DNA of 44,396 nucleotides, taken from assembly GCA_024763085.1 (NCBI GenBank), contig JANTGE010000001.1:1-44396 (forward strand), read 5' to 3'. Shown piece after piece: positions 15,776 through 24,173 of the stretch. The notes below the pieces were generated by a model. It was not told where the DNA came from, searched no databases, and saw only the letters and a program-made list of their open reading frames with translations. The stretch is from Acidimicrobiia bacterium (GTDB lineage: Bacteria > Actinomycetota > Acidimicrobiia > Spongiisociales > UBA4744). The translations under genes were made by a program, and so were the position numbers. Within the stretch, counting starts at the first letter, position 1; every line of letters begins with the position of its first letter.

Positions 15776-16156
15776 CTACTCCTCGGTCAACGCCCGGTAC
15801 GCGGCCGCGTCGAGCAGGGCATCGTATTCGTCACCTGACGGTTCGATGAGCGCAAACCAGCCTTCCCCATACGGATCGGAGTTGACCAGTTCCGGAGCGT
15901 CGGCAAGTGCCTCGTTCACGGCGATGATCGAACCCGACACCGGGGCGTAGACGTCGGAGACTGACTTCGTCGACTCCACCTCGGCGATGGGGTCGCCCTT
16001 TCCCACCGTCGAGCCGACTTCCGGCACCTCGACATAGACGATGTCACCGAGGGCGTCCTGGGCGTAGTCGGTGATCCCGACCCGAATGCGCCCGTCGTCT
16101 TCCCGTTTGGCCCACTCATGATCTTCGGTATAGCGGCGATCGTCCGGAACGTTCAC
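15776..16156 (-). CDS. gcvH: glycine cleavage system H protein
   Basis: ORF 15776..16408 is trimmed to GTG 16156 (VNVPDDRRYTEDHEWA..). The lipoyl-lysine block is EVESTKSVSDVYAPVSG. A perfect SD (AGGAGG) lies 6 nt upstream. Confidence 0.9.
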   Translation of the reverse strand: MNVPDDRRYTEDHEWAKREDDGRIRVGITDYAQDALGDIVYVEVPEVGSTVGKGDPIAEVESTKSVSDVYAPVSGSIIAVNEALADAPELVNSDPYGEGWFALIEPSGDEYDALLDAAAYRALTEE

Positions 16157-16178
16157 GGTACCTCCTCGTTTCGCCAGA

Positions 16179-16184
16179 AGCTTA
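16179..16184 (-). promoter_or_regulatory. putative -10 hexamer TAAGCT upstream of gcvH (its TAA is the pgsA-like stop codon)
   Basis: Minus sense reads GCAGCGTCTAAGCTTCTGGCG. It shares the 9-mer GTCTAAGCT with the gcvT upstream region. Confidence 0.3.
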
Positions 16185-16712
16185 GACGCTGCGCATGTCG
16201 CCGAAGTATTGCACGGCCACCCACCAGTAGAACACCAGCCCGGGCACGCCGAACACCCAGCCGATCGCGGTAAAGAATTCCTGCCCCCACCCGCCGGCGG
16301 CGACGTAGAACGCGGCGATGGCCCCGTACAGGATGAACGTGGCGAGTTTCCCCAACCAGCGCACTTCGAGCCGTTCTCCCCTGGCCGCCATGAACAGGGC
16401 GCCGACACCGACCAGTGCCTCTCTGATGATCAGCAGCCACCCCAGCAGCAGTGGAAGGACGCCGGTGACCATGCCTCCGACTACCGCCGTCGCGACGGCG
16501 AGGCGGTCGGCCAGCGGATCGAGAAACTTGCCGAGGTCGCTGACCTGATGCAGCCTGCGTGCCAGATATCCGTCGATCCAGTCGGTGGCGCCAAGGGCCA
16601 ACAACAGCCATCCGGCCGTCGCAGGTTCGTCGCGGCCGAAGAGAAGCCAGGCGAAGACGCCGACACCGACGAGCCGGAGCGCCGATATCAGGTTGGGGAT
16701 GGTGAGGATCAG
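16182..16712 (-). CDS. CDP-alcohol phosphatidyltransferase (PgsA-like)
   Basis: Motif DWIDGYLARRLHQVSDLGKFLDPLADR (DGx2ARx8Gx3Dx3D). The family N-terminus IPNLISALR starts 5 codons after CTG 16712. The only canonical in-frame upstream start (GTG 16832) would overlap the ABC ATPase gene by 124 nt. Confidence 0.78.
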   Translation of the reverse strand: MILTIPNLISALRLVGVGVFAWLLFGRDEPATAGWLLLALGATDWIDGYLARRLHQVSDLGKFLDPLADRLAVATAVVGGMVTGVLPLLLGWLLIIREALVGVGALFMAARGERLEVRWLGKLATFILYGAIAAFYVAAGGWGQEFFTAIGWVFGVPGLVFYWWVAVQYFGDMRSV

Positions 16713-17734
16713 CTGACCTTCTCCACGAGATGACAGGCAACGAAGTGTCCGGAGGACTTTTCTTCGAGCGGCGGGGCCTCGTTGTTTCGGCAGTAGTCCG
16801 TGGCCCAGGGGCAGCGGTCGACGAAGCGGCACACGGGTGGCGGGTCGATCGCCTTGGTGATCCCACCTTTGATCTCGACGGGGGGCCGCACATAGCTGGG
16901 ATCAGGTACCGGCACCGCCGACAGCAATGCCCTCGTGTAGGGATGCTGGGGGTTTCCCAGCAGCTCTTCCGTCTCGGCGAGCTCCACGATCTTCCCCAGG
17001 TACATGACCGCGATCCGGTCGCACATGTAGCGGGCCACGGCGAGGTCATGGGTGATGTACAAGTAGGACACGCCGAACTCGTTGGCGAGGTTCAACATCA
17101 GATCCATGATGGAGATGCGAATCGACACGTCGAGCATCGACGTCGGCTCGTCGGCCACGACGAACGTCGGGTCGATGACCAAGGCCCGGGCAATGGCGAC
17201 CCGTTGACGCTGGCCACCCGAGAGCTCATGGGGATAGCGGAACATGAAGGTGGGGGCCGGTGTCAATCCGACCAGTTCCAGCAGCTCGGCCACCCGCTCC
17301 TCACGTTCGGGAAGTCGTCCGATGCCTTGTACCTGTAGGGGCTCGGCGATCGTGTCGAAGATCGTGCGCCGCGGGTTCATCGACTCATACGGGTCCTGGA
17401 AAATCATCTGGACTCGCCGGCGGAAACGCTTCATGCCGTCTTTGTCGATGTCGGCGATGTTGAGCATCTCTTGGCCGTCGCGCAGGTAGATGGCTCCGTC
17501 GGTCGGCTGGTCCAGCCGGGTCAGGATCCGTCCGGTAGTCGTCTTGCCGCAGCCGGACTCGCCCACCAGGCCGAGGCTCTCCCCGGCCGGTATCGAAAAA
17601 GAGACGTCATCGACCGCATGGATGAAGTTGGTGGCTTTGCGGAACAGGCCCCTCTGGACCGGAAACAGACGCTTGAGGTTCTCGACCTTGACGAGCGGCT
17701 GTTCCACCTTGGTGTCGATCGTTCGGTCGGTCAT
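16709..17734 (-). CDS. peptide/nickel-type ABC transporter ATP-binding protein (OppF/DppF-like)
   Basis: Walker [10 protein letters not shown], signature LSGGQRQR, Walker B VVADEP, and a C-terminal Cys-rich tail [14 protein letters not shown]. Confidence 0.92.
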   Translation of the reverse strand: MTDRTIDTKVEQPLVKVENLKRLFPVQRGLFRKATNFIHAVDDVSFSIPAGESLGLVGESGCGKTTTGRILTRLDQPTDGAIYLRDGQEMLNIADIDKDGMKRFRRRVQMIFQDPYESMNPRRTIFDTIAEPLQVQGIGRLPEREERVAELLELVGLTPAPTFMFRYPHELSGGQRQRVAIARALVIDPTFVVADEPTSMLDVSIRISIMDLMLNLANEFGVSYLYITHDLAVARYMCDRIAVMYLGKIVELAETEELLGNPQHPYTRALLSAVPVPDPSYVRPPVEIKGGITKAIDPPPVCRFVDRCPWATDYCRNNEAPPLEEKSSGHFVACHLVEKVS

Positions 17735-18720
17735 GCTTCCAGCCTTCCGAGCTCGGGAACCTGCTCCCAGTTCCAGCAGGCGACGATGTGGCCTTCATCC
17801 ACCTCGGTGTAGGGCGGTTCATCCGTTGCGCACACTTCGGTGGCGAAGGGGCACCGCGGATGAAACCGGCAGCCTGCCGGTGGATGGAGGAGGTTCGGCG
17901 GTTCACCTTCAAGCGGCGCGAGCTTGCGGCGGGGACCTTTGACCGAGGGCGTCGAGGCGAGCAACAGGTAGGCGTAGGGGTGTCGAGGACGCGGAAATAC
18001 CTCGTCGGTTGGGCCCAGCTCGACGAGTTTGCCCGCGTACATGACCCCGATGCGGTCGCTGACCTCGGCGATCACCGCCACGTCGTGGGAGATGTAGATG
18101 ATCGACATCCCGAGCTCTTGCTGGATCTTCTTGAGCTCTTTGAGGATCTGGTCCTGCACGATCACGTCGAGCGCGGTGGTGGGCTCGTCGGCGATGATGA
18201 CCTTCGGGTTGCACGACAGTGCCATGGCAATGATGGCCCGCTGTCGCATGCCACCGGAAAACTCGTGGGGATACCGGTCCATCATGGCGGGATTGAGACC
18301 GACGAGACGGAACAGTTCGGCGATACGCTCCCTGGCTTCCGATTCGGTCATGAGCGGGAAGTGGGTCTGCATCGCCTCCCAGATCTGATCGCCGACCTTG
18401 TAGACCGGGTTCCATGCGTTCATGGCGCCCTGGAACACCATCGAGATGTCGGCCCAGCGGTGGGTCCGCATCTCCTCTTCGACGAGCGGCACCAGGTCGA
18501 CACCGTCGAGCACGATGGAGCCCTTCTGAATCTCCGCGTTGTCGGCCAGGAGCCGGATGAGGCTCATCGCGACCGACGTCTTCCCGCAGCCGGACTCGCC
18601 GACGAGACCCAAAGCCTCGCCGCGTCCGAGGGCGAAGGAGACGTCGTCGACGGCCATGACTTCGCCCTCCTTGACCGTGTAATGCATGGTGAGGTCGTTG
18701 ACCTCGAGGATGTGCTCCAT
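17731..18720 (-). CDS. peptide/nickel-type ABC transporter ATP-binding protein (OppD/DppD-like)
   Basis: Contains [23 protein letters not shown], and the C-terminal [14 protein letters not shown]. Confidence 0.92.
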   Translation of the reverse strand: MEHILEVNDLTMHYTVKEGEVMAVDDVSFALGRGEALGLVGESGCGKTSVAMSLIRLLADNAEIQKGSIVLDGVDLVPLVEEEMRTHRWADISMVFQGAMNAWNPVYKVGDQIWEAMQTHFPLMTESEARERIAELFRLVGLNPAMMDRYPHEFSGGMRQRAIIAMALSCNPKVIIADEPTTALDVIVQDQILKELKKIQQELGMSIIYISHDVAVIAEVSDRIGVMYAGKLVELGPTDEVFPRPRHPYAYLLLASTPSVKGPRRKLAPLEGEPPNLLHPPAGCRFHPRCPFATEVCATDEPPYTEVDEGHIVACWNWEQVPELGRLEA

Positions 18721-18727
18721 CGCTCCC

Positions 18728-19801
18728 CTACCGTTTCCGCAGCCTTGGGTTGATGATCTCGTCCATCGCTCTACCGACGAGGAAGAACGATCCTGCCAGA
18801 AGCGTCACCGACAGGCCGGCCGGCATGAGCAGCCACCAGTACTTGGTGCCGGAGAGCAAGTACCCCTGCACACTCGCCTGGTAGATCATGATGCCCCAGC
18901 TCATGTCGATATTGAGCAGGCCCAGGAAGGACAGCGTCGCTTCAATCGAAATGGCATCGGTCACCGAGAACATCATGTAGAGGAAGCTCAACGGCAGCAC
19001 GTTGGGGATGATGTGCCGGAAGATGAGGTGCATCTTGCCACCGCCGGCGATCCGGGCCGCGTCGATGAACGGCTTCACCGAGATGGAGAGTGCCTGGGAT
19101 TTCAGAATGATGGCGGTCCCTCCAAAACCGCCGAGGATTCCGATCATGAGCGCAAGGTGCAAGAGTCCAAATTGGAAGAGTGCCGACAAGACGATCAGCA
19201 GCGGGAGGAAGGGAACCAGCAGGATGAGGTCGGCGAGCCGCATGAAGAAGGTGTCGATGAGCCCTCCGAAGAAGGCCGACACCGACCCGACGGTCGTCGC
19301 GATGAAGACGGTCACAAGCGACGCGACCACCCCCAAGAGAAACGCGGCGCGGGTGCTGAACATGAGCTGGCTGAGCACGTCCCTGCCCAGCGGATCCGTG
19401 CCGAGGAGATGCTTCCTCGAAGGTGACGCCGGCTGCTCGCGAATCTCGAGCGTCTCTCCGACCTTGAGGATCGGATTGATCAGCCGGGCCTCGAGCAGCG
19501 AAACCTGGGTCTCCGGGTCGGTGACCTGTCCGTCCGGAACAATCGTCTTGATGGTTGCCGGCGCGTCGTAGCCGATGATCGGATCGTACACCCGGGGGTC
19601 CCAGACGGTGTCGAGGAGGATGGGATGGGCAAGGGCCATGAGTCCGTAGAGGGCGATGATCCCGAGACCGAGGAGGCCGATGCGGTTCTCGACGAAGCTT
19701 GCCCAGCCCTTGCGGAAGCTTCGCCATGCAAGCTTCAGCCTGACCTTCCAGAGGCTCTCGGCCAGCATCTCCTCGGTTGACTGATGTAGGTCTGTGGTCA
19801 T
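18728..19801 (-). CDS. ABC transporter permease (OppC/DppC-like)
   Basis: Multi-TM protein with a BPD-transporter EAA-like loop (DAARIAGGGKMHLIFRHIIPN). Confidence 0.9.
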   Translation of the reverse strand: MTTDLHQSTEEMLAESLWKVRLKLAWRSFRKGWASFVENRIGLLGLGIIALYGLMALAHPILLDTVWDPRVYDPIIGYDAPATIKTIVPDGQVTDPETQVSLLEARLINPILKVGETLEIREQPASPSRKHLLGTDPLGRDVLSQLMFSTRAAFLLGVVASLVTVFIATTVGSVSAFFGGLIDTFFMRLADLILLVPFLPLLIVLSALFQFGLLHLALMIGILGGFGGTAIILKSQALSISVKPFIDAARIAGGGKMHLIFRHIIPNVLPLSFLYMMFSVTDAISIEATLSFLGLLNIDMSWGIMIYQASVQGYLLSGTKYWWLLMPAGLSVTLLAGSFFLVGRAMDEIINPRLRKR

Positions 19802-19811
19802 GGCCGGCCTC

Positions 19812-20981
19812 CTATCCGCCTACCCGGATCCGGGGGTCGAGGTACATGTACATGATGTCGACGACGAGGTGGGCGATGAGCGCCAAAACCGCGATGAAGG
19901 CAAACGCCCCGATGGTGAGGGGGATGTCCTGCTGCGATGCCGCGCTCAGCAGCGTCTGCCCCATGCCAGGCCACGAGAAGACGGTCTCGGTCACGACACC
20001 ACCACCGATGAGGAACGCGAGGCCGATGACGAGCGAGGTCGTCACAGGAAGCAGGGCATTCCGGGCGGCATGGCGGTCACGAACGACCTTGTCGGGCAAT
20101 CCCTTGGCCCTGGCGGTGAGAATGTAGTCCTCCCGCAGCGTCTCCAGCATCGAGGCCCTCGTCAAGAGCATCCAGCCGCCGAATCCGACGAATGAGAGCG
20201 TCACGGTCGGCAGAACGAGGTGGTAGGCGATGTCGAGCGCAAAGGGAATCATCTCAGGCCACACGGCCTCCCACCAGACCACCAGGGCGATGAGCGTCAG
20301 CACTCGGGTGCCCCAGATGAATCGTCGGCCGGCGACGCGGCTGTTCATGCGGCGACCGATGATCTCCGCGGCGATGATGAGAACAGCCACGGCGAGGACG
20401 GTCAAGAGCATGCGGTCGAACACCGCATTGGCATCGAACGTTCGCTCGGCGGTGAGCCACTTGTCGACCGTGAGGAACTTCCCGGCCGGGAACCAGCCTA
20501 GGAAGAAGGCGAAGATCCAGATCATCACCACGGCGAACCACGGGTAAAAGACTGTCTGGAAGAACACCCCGGTCAGCGTGATGACGTGCTCTCCGCGTTT
20601 GCCACGCCGCCATGCGAGGAGTTTGCCCGACTTGAAGCCGACGATGAAAGCGAGGAACGTCGCGAAGAGGAAGAGCGCGAGTGTTCGTGGCAGTCGCTCG
20701 GCGATGATGTCCATGACTTCTTTCGGATACTCGGAGAACGACACTCCGAGGTTTCCGGTGAAGAAGTTCTTCATGTAGCGCACATACTGTTCCCAAAGCG
20801 TGCCGGTGAGGCCGAGGCGCTCGGCAAACTGTTGCCGCACCTCAGGGGTGATCTTCGGGTTGGAGAGAAACTGGTCGGTGATGTCACCGGGCTGGGCTTG
20901 CAGCAGAAAGAACGTCGCGGTGAGGAACACGATGAACACGAGGATGTTCTGTACGGTGCGCTTCCCGATGAACTTCAGCAC
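19812..20981 (-). CDS. ABC transporter permease (OppB/DppB-like)
   Basis: N-terminus MLKFIGKRTVQNILVF.. and the block DYILTARAKGLPDKVV; multi-TM. Confidence 0.9.
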   Translation of the reverse strand: MLKFIGKRTVQNILVFIVFLTATFFLLQAQPGDITDQFLSNPKITPEVRQQFAERLGLTGTLWEQYVRYMKNFFTGNLGVSFSEYPKEVMDIIAERLPRTLALFLFATFLAFIVGFKSGKLLAWRRGKRGEHVITLTGVFFQTVFYPWFAVVMIWIFAFFLGWFPAGKFLTVDKWLTAERTFDANAVFDRMLLTVLAVAVLIIAAEIIGRRMNSRVAGRRFIWGTRVLTLIALVVWWEAVWPEMIPFALDIAYHLVLPTVTLSFVGFGGWMLLTRASMLETLREDYILTARAKGLPDKVVRDRHAARNALLPVTTSLVIGLAFLIGGGVVTETVFSWPGMGQTLLSAASQQDIPLTIGAFAFIAVLALIAHLVVDIMYMYLDPRIRVGG

Positions 20982-21065
20982 GTTGCCTCCACTGTCTCGC
21001 GCGGCCGAGCGAGCTTAGCACCCGCGGACCGGTCACCATACTCCCCCGACGGCTTCTGGCAAACA

Positions 21066-21094
21066 GAAGGGGAGGGCCAATGGCCCTCCCCTTC
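21066..21094 (-). terminator. perfect 13-bp GC-rich hairpin between the SBP and permease genes (terminator/attenuator)
   Basis: GAAGGGGAGGGCC-AAT-GGCCCTCCCCTTC. On the minus-sense RNA it is followed by UGUUUG. It begins 18 nt after the SBP stop. Confidence 0.7.
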
Positions 21095-21112
21095 GAACGG
21101 TCGGTAGGTTGG

Positions 21113-23146
21113 CTACTGCTGCATCTGCACAGACGTCGGCAGACCCGAGAGGTTCTGCAGACCGTCCAGCGTGTCGGTGAAGGGGAAGATCAGCGTGTTG
21201 CGATACGCCTCCAACACCGGCGTCTGGAACAACACCACGTACGGTGCGTCTTCGACGATCTTGGCGTCGAGCTTGTGGACGATGTCACGGGCCGTGTTCA
21301 CGTCCGTGGCGGCCAACAGATCCTGGGCCCACTCGTCGACCTGCGGGTCGGAGTAGCCAGGCGTGTTGAAGCCACCTTCGGCCGAATCCTGCCAGGAGGC
21401 GAAGAACGCCTCATGGAAGTCCGGGAACGACGGGTCGCCGAGACCCCAACCGAGGATGTACCAGTCCCAGTCCTTGGCGGCTTCGCCCTCGGCGAAGACC
21501 TTGTCCACGATGACCGAGAAGCTGGTCGGGACGGCCTTGGCAGGAATGCCAAGCTGGCCGGCCCACTGCTCGATCCAGATCGAGGCCGTCGACCGCAGCG
21601 GGTCGTAGCCGGCGCCCGGAGCGAGGATCTCCATCTCGGGGACAGGGTTGCCGTCGGGATCCTTCATGCCGGTACCCGTGCCGGGCACGAGCGAGGCGAA
21701 GTCGGCGTCGTACTGGGGCTCAACGTCCCACGTGAAGCCGGCGTCCTTCAGCATGCCCATGGCGGTGTCGAAGCGCTCCTGACCGGAGAGGCCCTTGCAG
21801 AGCTGCTCGGTGTTCGGGTTGGCCCAGAACGTGTTGGCCGCGGGCACCAGGCTGTACGCCGGGATGATCGCGCCCTGCAGCAGCTGCTGGAGGAACTCTT
21901 TGTCGATCATGCAGCCGACGGCACGCCGGAACTCCCGGATGTTCATCGGCGACTTGCGCATGTTGAACGCCAGATACCGGAACCCGTTCGATCCGTTCGC
22001 GATCAGCGACAGGTCGGGCGAGTCGAGCACTTCCTGCTTCAAACCGGACTGAAGTCCCAGCGGCGTCAGCATGAAGTCGATCTCACCCGACTTGAGCGCC
22101 AACAGTGCGGCGTTCTGGTCACCGTAGATCGAATACAGCACATCCTTGGCATACGGGCCGTCGGTGTATTCCAACGTCACGTCGCCGGTGCCATCACCGT
22201 AGTACACCTCGTCGAAGCCTTTGTCGGCGTTTGCCTGACGGAACGAACCGTCGGCGTAGAAGGTGTAGGTGGTGCCGGCGTAGTAGGCGTCCTGGTTGGC
22301 GACGTTCTTGGCGAACGCACCAGGCTCACGACCGGCGTAGATCAGACCGCCGGCGGAGGGCTCGCCCTCACCGGAAGCGGCATAGAGGGCAGCGGCGGGA
22401 TCGTCGCTGTTCTTCGCCTCATCCACGATCGGGCCCCAGAACTGCTCCGGCATGAACGGGGCGAAACCGATACCGTTCTGCCACATCGAGATGCCCGGCT
22501 GCGCCGAGAAGGTGACCTTCACGGTGTAGTCGTCGACCGCCTCGATGTTCGTCACGCCGTCACGGGCCGGGGCAGACTCGTCGACATCGGTGGTCGCCGG
22601 GTCGTCCGGGGTCTCCGGGACGTAGAGGTTGAACGTTGATGGCCAGTTGCCGCCCAGACCGAAGTCCTTCACCACGTTGTAGGTGAAGACGAGATCGTTG
22701 GCGGTCACCTCGGTGCCGTCGGACCACATGTAGCCCTTCCGGATCTCCTGGGTGACGGTCCAGGTGCCATCCGCCTGCTCTTCAGGCGTATTCGCCGCAC
22801 CGGTGGCCAGGTCGGGCACATGGATGATGTTCGGGTAGGCCAACGTGAACAGCGCCGGATGCTGGGAACCCAGCACGTAGCCGTTCCAGACTTCCGACTC
22901 CGGACCGATATAGGCCCAGTAGTTGTCGGTGGTCAGGTCGTTGAAGATACCCATCTTGTAGGTGAAACCTTGGGCGGCCGGCGGCGCCGTCGTCGCCGTC
23001 GAACCCTCGGTCGTGGTCGTCGAAGACTGCGCAGCAGTGGTGCTGGTCGTCGTCTCCGTGGGTGTTCCCTGTCCGCAGGCAGCGGCGATCAGCGCAAAAA
23101 CAGCGATGACAGCCAGCCACGTCCAGAGCTTGCGTGGTTGTGTCAC
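21113..23146 (-). CDS. ABC transporter substrate-binding lipoprotein, family 5 (peptide/nickel)
   Basis: ORF 21113..23248 is trimmed to GTG 23146, with SD GGAGGG 7 nt upstream. The signal and lipobox are LAVIAVFALIAAAC, followed by a Thr/Ser-rich linker. The long SBP_bac_5-like body is about 677 aa. Confidence 0.9.
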   Translation of the reverse strand: MTQPRKLWTWLAVIAVFALIAAACGQGTPTETTTSTTAAQSSTTTTEGSTATTAPPAAQGFTYKMGIFNDLTTDNYWAYIGPESEVWNGYVLGSQHPALFTLAYPNIIHVPDLATGAANTPEEQADGTWTVTQEIRKGYMWSDGTEVTANDLVFTYNVVKDFGLGGNWPSTFNLYVPETPDDPATTDVDESAPARDGVTNIEAVDDYTVKVTFSAQPGISMWQNGIGFAPFMPEQFWGPIVDEAKNSDDPAAALYAASGEGEPSAGGLIYAGREPGAFAKNVANQDAYYAGTTYTFYADGSFRQANADKGFDEVYYGDGTGDVTLEYTDGPYAKDVLYSIYGDQNAALLALKSGEIDFMLTPLGLQSGLKQEVLDSPDLSLIANGSNGFRYLAFNMRKSPMNIREFRRAVGCMIDKEFLQQLLQGAIIPAYSLVPAANTFWANPNTEQLCKGLSGQERFDTAMGMLKDAGFTWDVEPQYDADFASLVPGTGTGMKDPDGNPVPEMEILAPGAGYDPLRSTASIWIEQWAGQLGIPAKAVPTSFSVIVDKVFAEGEAAKDWDWYILGWGLGDPSFPDFHEAFFASWQDSAEGGFNTPGYSDPQVDEWAQDLLAATDVNTARDIVHKLDAKIVEDAPYVVLFQTPVLEAYRNTLIFPFTDTLDGLQNLSGLPTSVQMQQ

Positions 23147-23219
23147 AGTGCAACCCTCCGTAGGTCTTCCCGTTCTTTCTGTTCTCCGGAGCGCGTCTCC
23201 GCCCGCCGGGAACCGGGCC

Positions 23220-23248
23220 AGATTAGCCCCCGTCGCCACGCGCGCCAA
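23220..23248 (-). promoter_or_regulatory. putative promoter TTGGCG -17 nt- TAATCT for the ABC operon
   Basis: Minus sense reads TTGGCG (23243-23248) and TAATCT (23220-23225). This leaves a 5' UTR of about 70 nt ending in the SD. Confidence 0.35.
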
Positions 23249-23377
23249 CAGTAGACGCCCACATTCTCCCAGTTGGTGTTGGGAAGATCAGAGGTCAGTC
23301 TCGCTTCTCCGGCCCAGAGACCCGGACCGGAACCTGCCGATGCCGTCCTGGCAACACCCTGTTCGGTCCGGAAACGG

Positions 23378-23406
23378 CCGAACCCCGGCAGGCTGCCAGG
23401 GTTCGG
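23378..23406 (-). terminator. GC-rich hairpin immediately 3' of tRNA-Pro
   Basis: CCGAACCC-c-GGCA-ggc-TGCC-a-GGGTTCGG, that is 8 bp, a 1x1 internal loop, then 4 bp. Only a weak U tract follows (CCGUUUCC). Confidence 0.5.
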
Positions 23407-23407
23407 G

Positions 23408-23482
23408 TCGGGCTGGCCGGATTTGAACCGGCGACCTCTTGACCCCCAGTCAAGCGCGCTAACCAAGCTGCGCCACAGCCCG
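23408..23482 (-). tRNA. tRNA-Pro (anticodon GGG)
   Basis: A 75-nt cloverleaf folded by hand. Acceptor CGGGCTG/CAGCCCG, D stem GCGC/GCGC, anticodon stem CTTGA/TCAAG with loop CTGGGGG, T arm GCCGG-TTCAAAT-CCGGC, discriminator A. CCA is not encoded. Confidence 0.95.
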
Positions 23483-23490
23483 TCGGCGTC

Positions 23491-23496
23491 ATCTTA
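23491..23496 (-). promoter_or_regulatory. putative -10 hexamer TAAGAT, 8 nt upstream of the mature tRNA-Pro 5' end
   Basis: Minus sense reads TAAGAT-GACGCCGA-CGGGCTG. Confidence 0.35.
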
Positions 23497-23620
23497 CCGT
23501 CGCTCGGGCGGCCCTCAGAAACGTTCGATGAGCCAGATGATCCCCTGGGCGAGGCGGTACCCCAGATAGAGCACCGCCATCGCCACCAGGAGCTTGAAGC
23601 CGATCGGAGTCGGCGGCCGG

Positions 23621-24172
23621 TCAGTCTCCTGCGGGGACGAAGTAGACATCGGTCGGTTTCAGCTTGGAGTTCCTCAGGAACTTCGGCTTGACCTCCATGC
23701 CGATCCAGTCCAGCGACACCTCGTCGAGATCAACGCCCATCAACCGGGTGAGGAAGAGCGTGTCGACTCCCTCATAAGAGATGAGCGCAAGCACGAACGG
23801 TGTCTCAGGCAGAAATTCCTCCGAGCCGAAGTAGCACACGGTGAACGCATGTACGGTCGCCTTGCGGTCGGTGATGTCGATCCAGTTGGTCTCTTCGCCC
23901 GAATACATGTCGTGGCCGCGGGGGGTCGCATAGGTGTAGCCGGATACCGGATCCTGGCTGGCCAGGAGCTTCTTGTTGGTCACGCCGGCGAACCAGGGAC
24001 TGTCCTGCCCGTAGGAGTGCAGGTAGGTGATCGAGTACTCCTGCTCGATCTGCAGCGGAGCCATCCGCTTCAAGAACGCCAGGGCGTCAGGATCGGTCTC
24101 CACCGGGAACGGCACCCCATGGACCACGTACCCGCCGAGCGTTTCAGGTCGACGTTCGGGAAGCTTGGCCAT
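23621..24172 (-). CDS. DUF35-like OB-fold protein (thiolase partner), zinc-ribbon cysteines absent
   Basis: 183 aa. OB-fold-like C-terminus (ATVHAFTVCYFG..PFVLALISYEG..MEVKPKF). It sits 1 nt downstream of a thiolase-fold gene, which is the usual pairing. Only one Cys is present in the whole protein. Confidence 0.65.
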   Translation of the reverse strand: MAKLPERRPETLGGYVVHGVPFPVETDPDALAFLKRMAPLQIEQEYSITYLHSYGQDSPWFAGVTNKKLLASQDPVSGYTYATPRGHDMYSGEETNWIDITDRKATVHAFTVCYFGSEEFLPETPFVLALISYEGVDTLFLTRLMGVDLDEVSLDWIGMEVKPKFLRNSKLKPTDVYFVPAGD

Positions 24173-24173
24173 T

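Noticed and set aside
23249-23620. tRNA-Pro as the boundary of an integrated element or genomic island
   Set aside because: No integrase, excisionase or phage or plasmid genes flank the tRNA. I noticed no second copy of the tRNA 3' end. Both flanks (the ABC importer and the thiolase pair / der) look native in composition. Repeat detection was by eye only.
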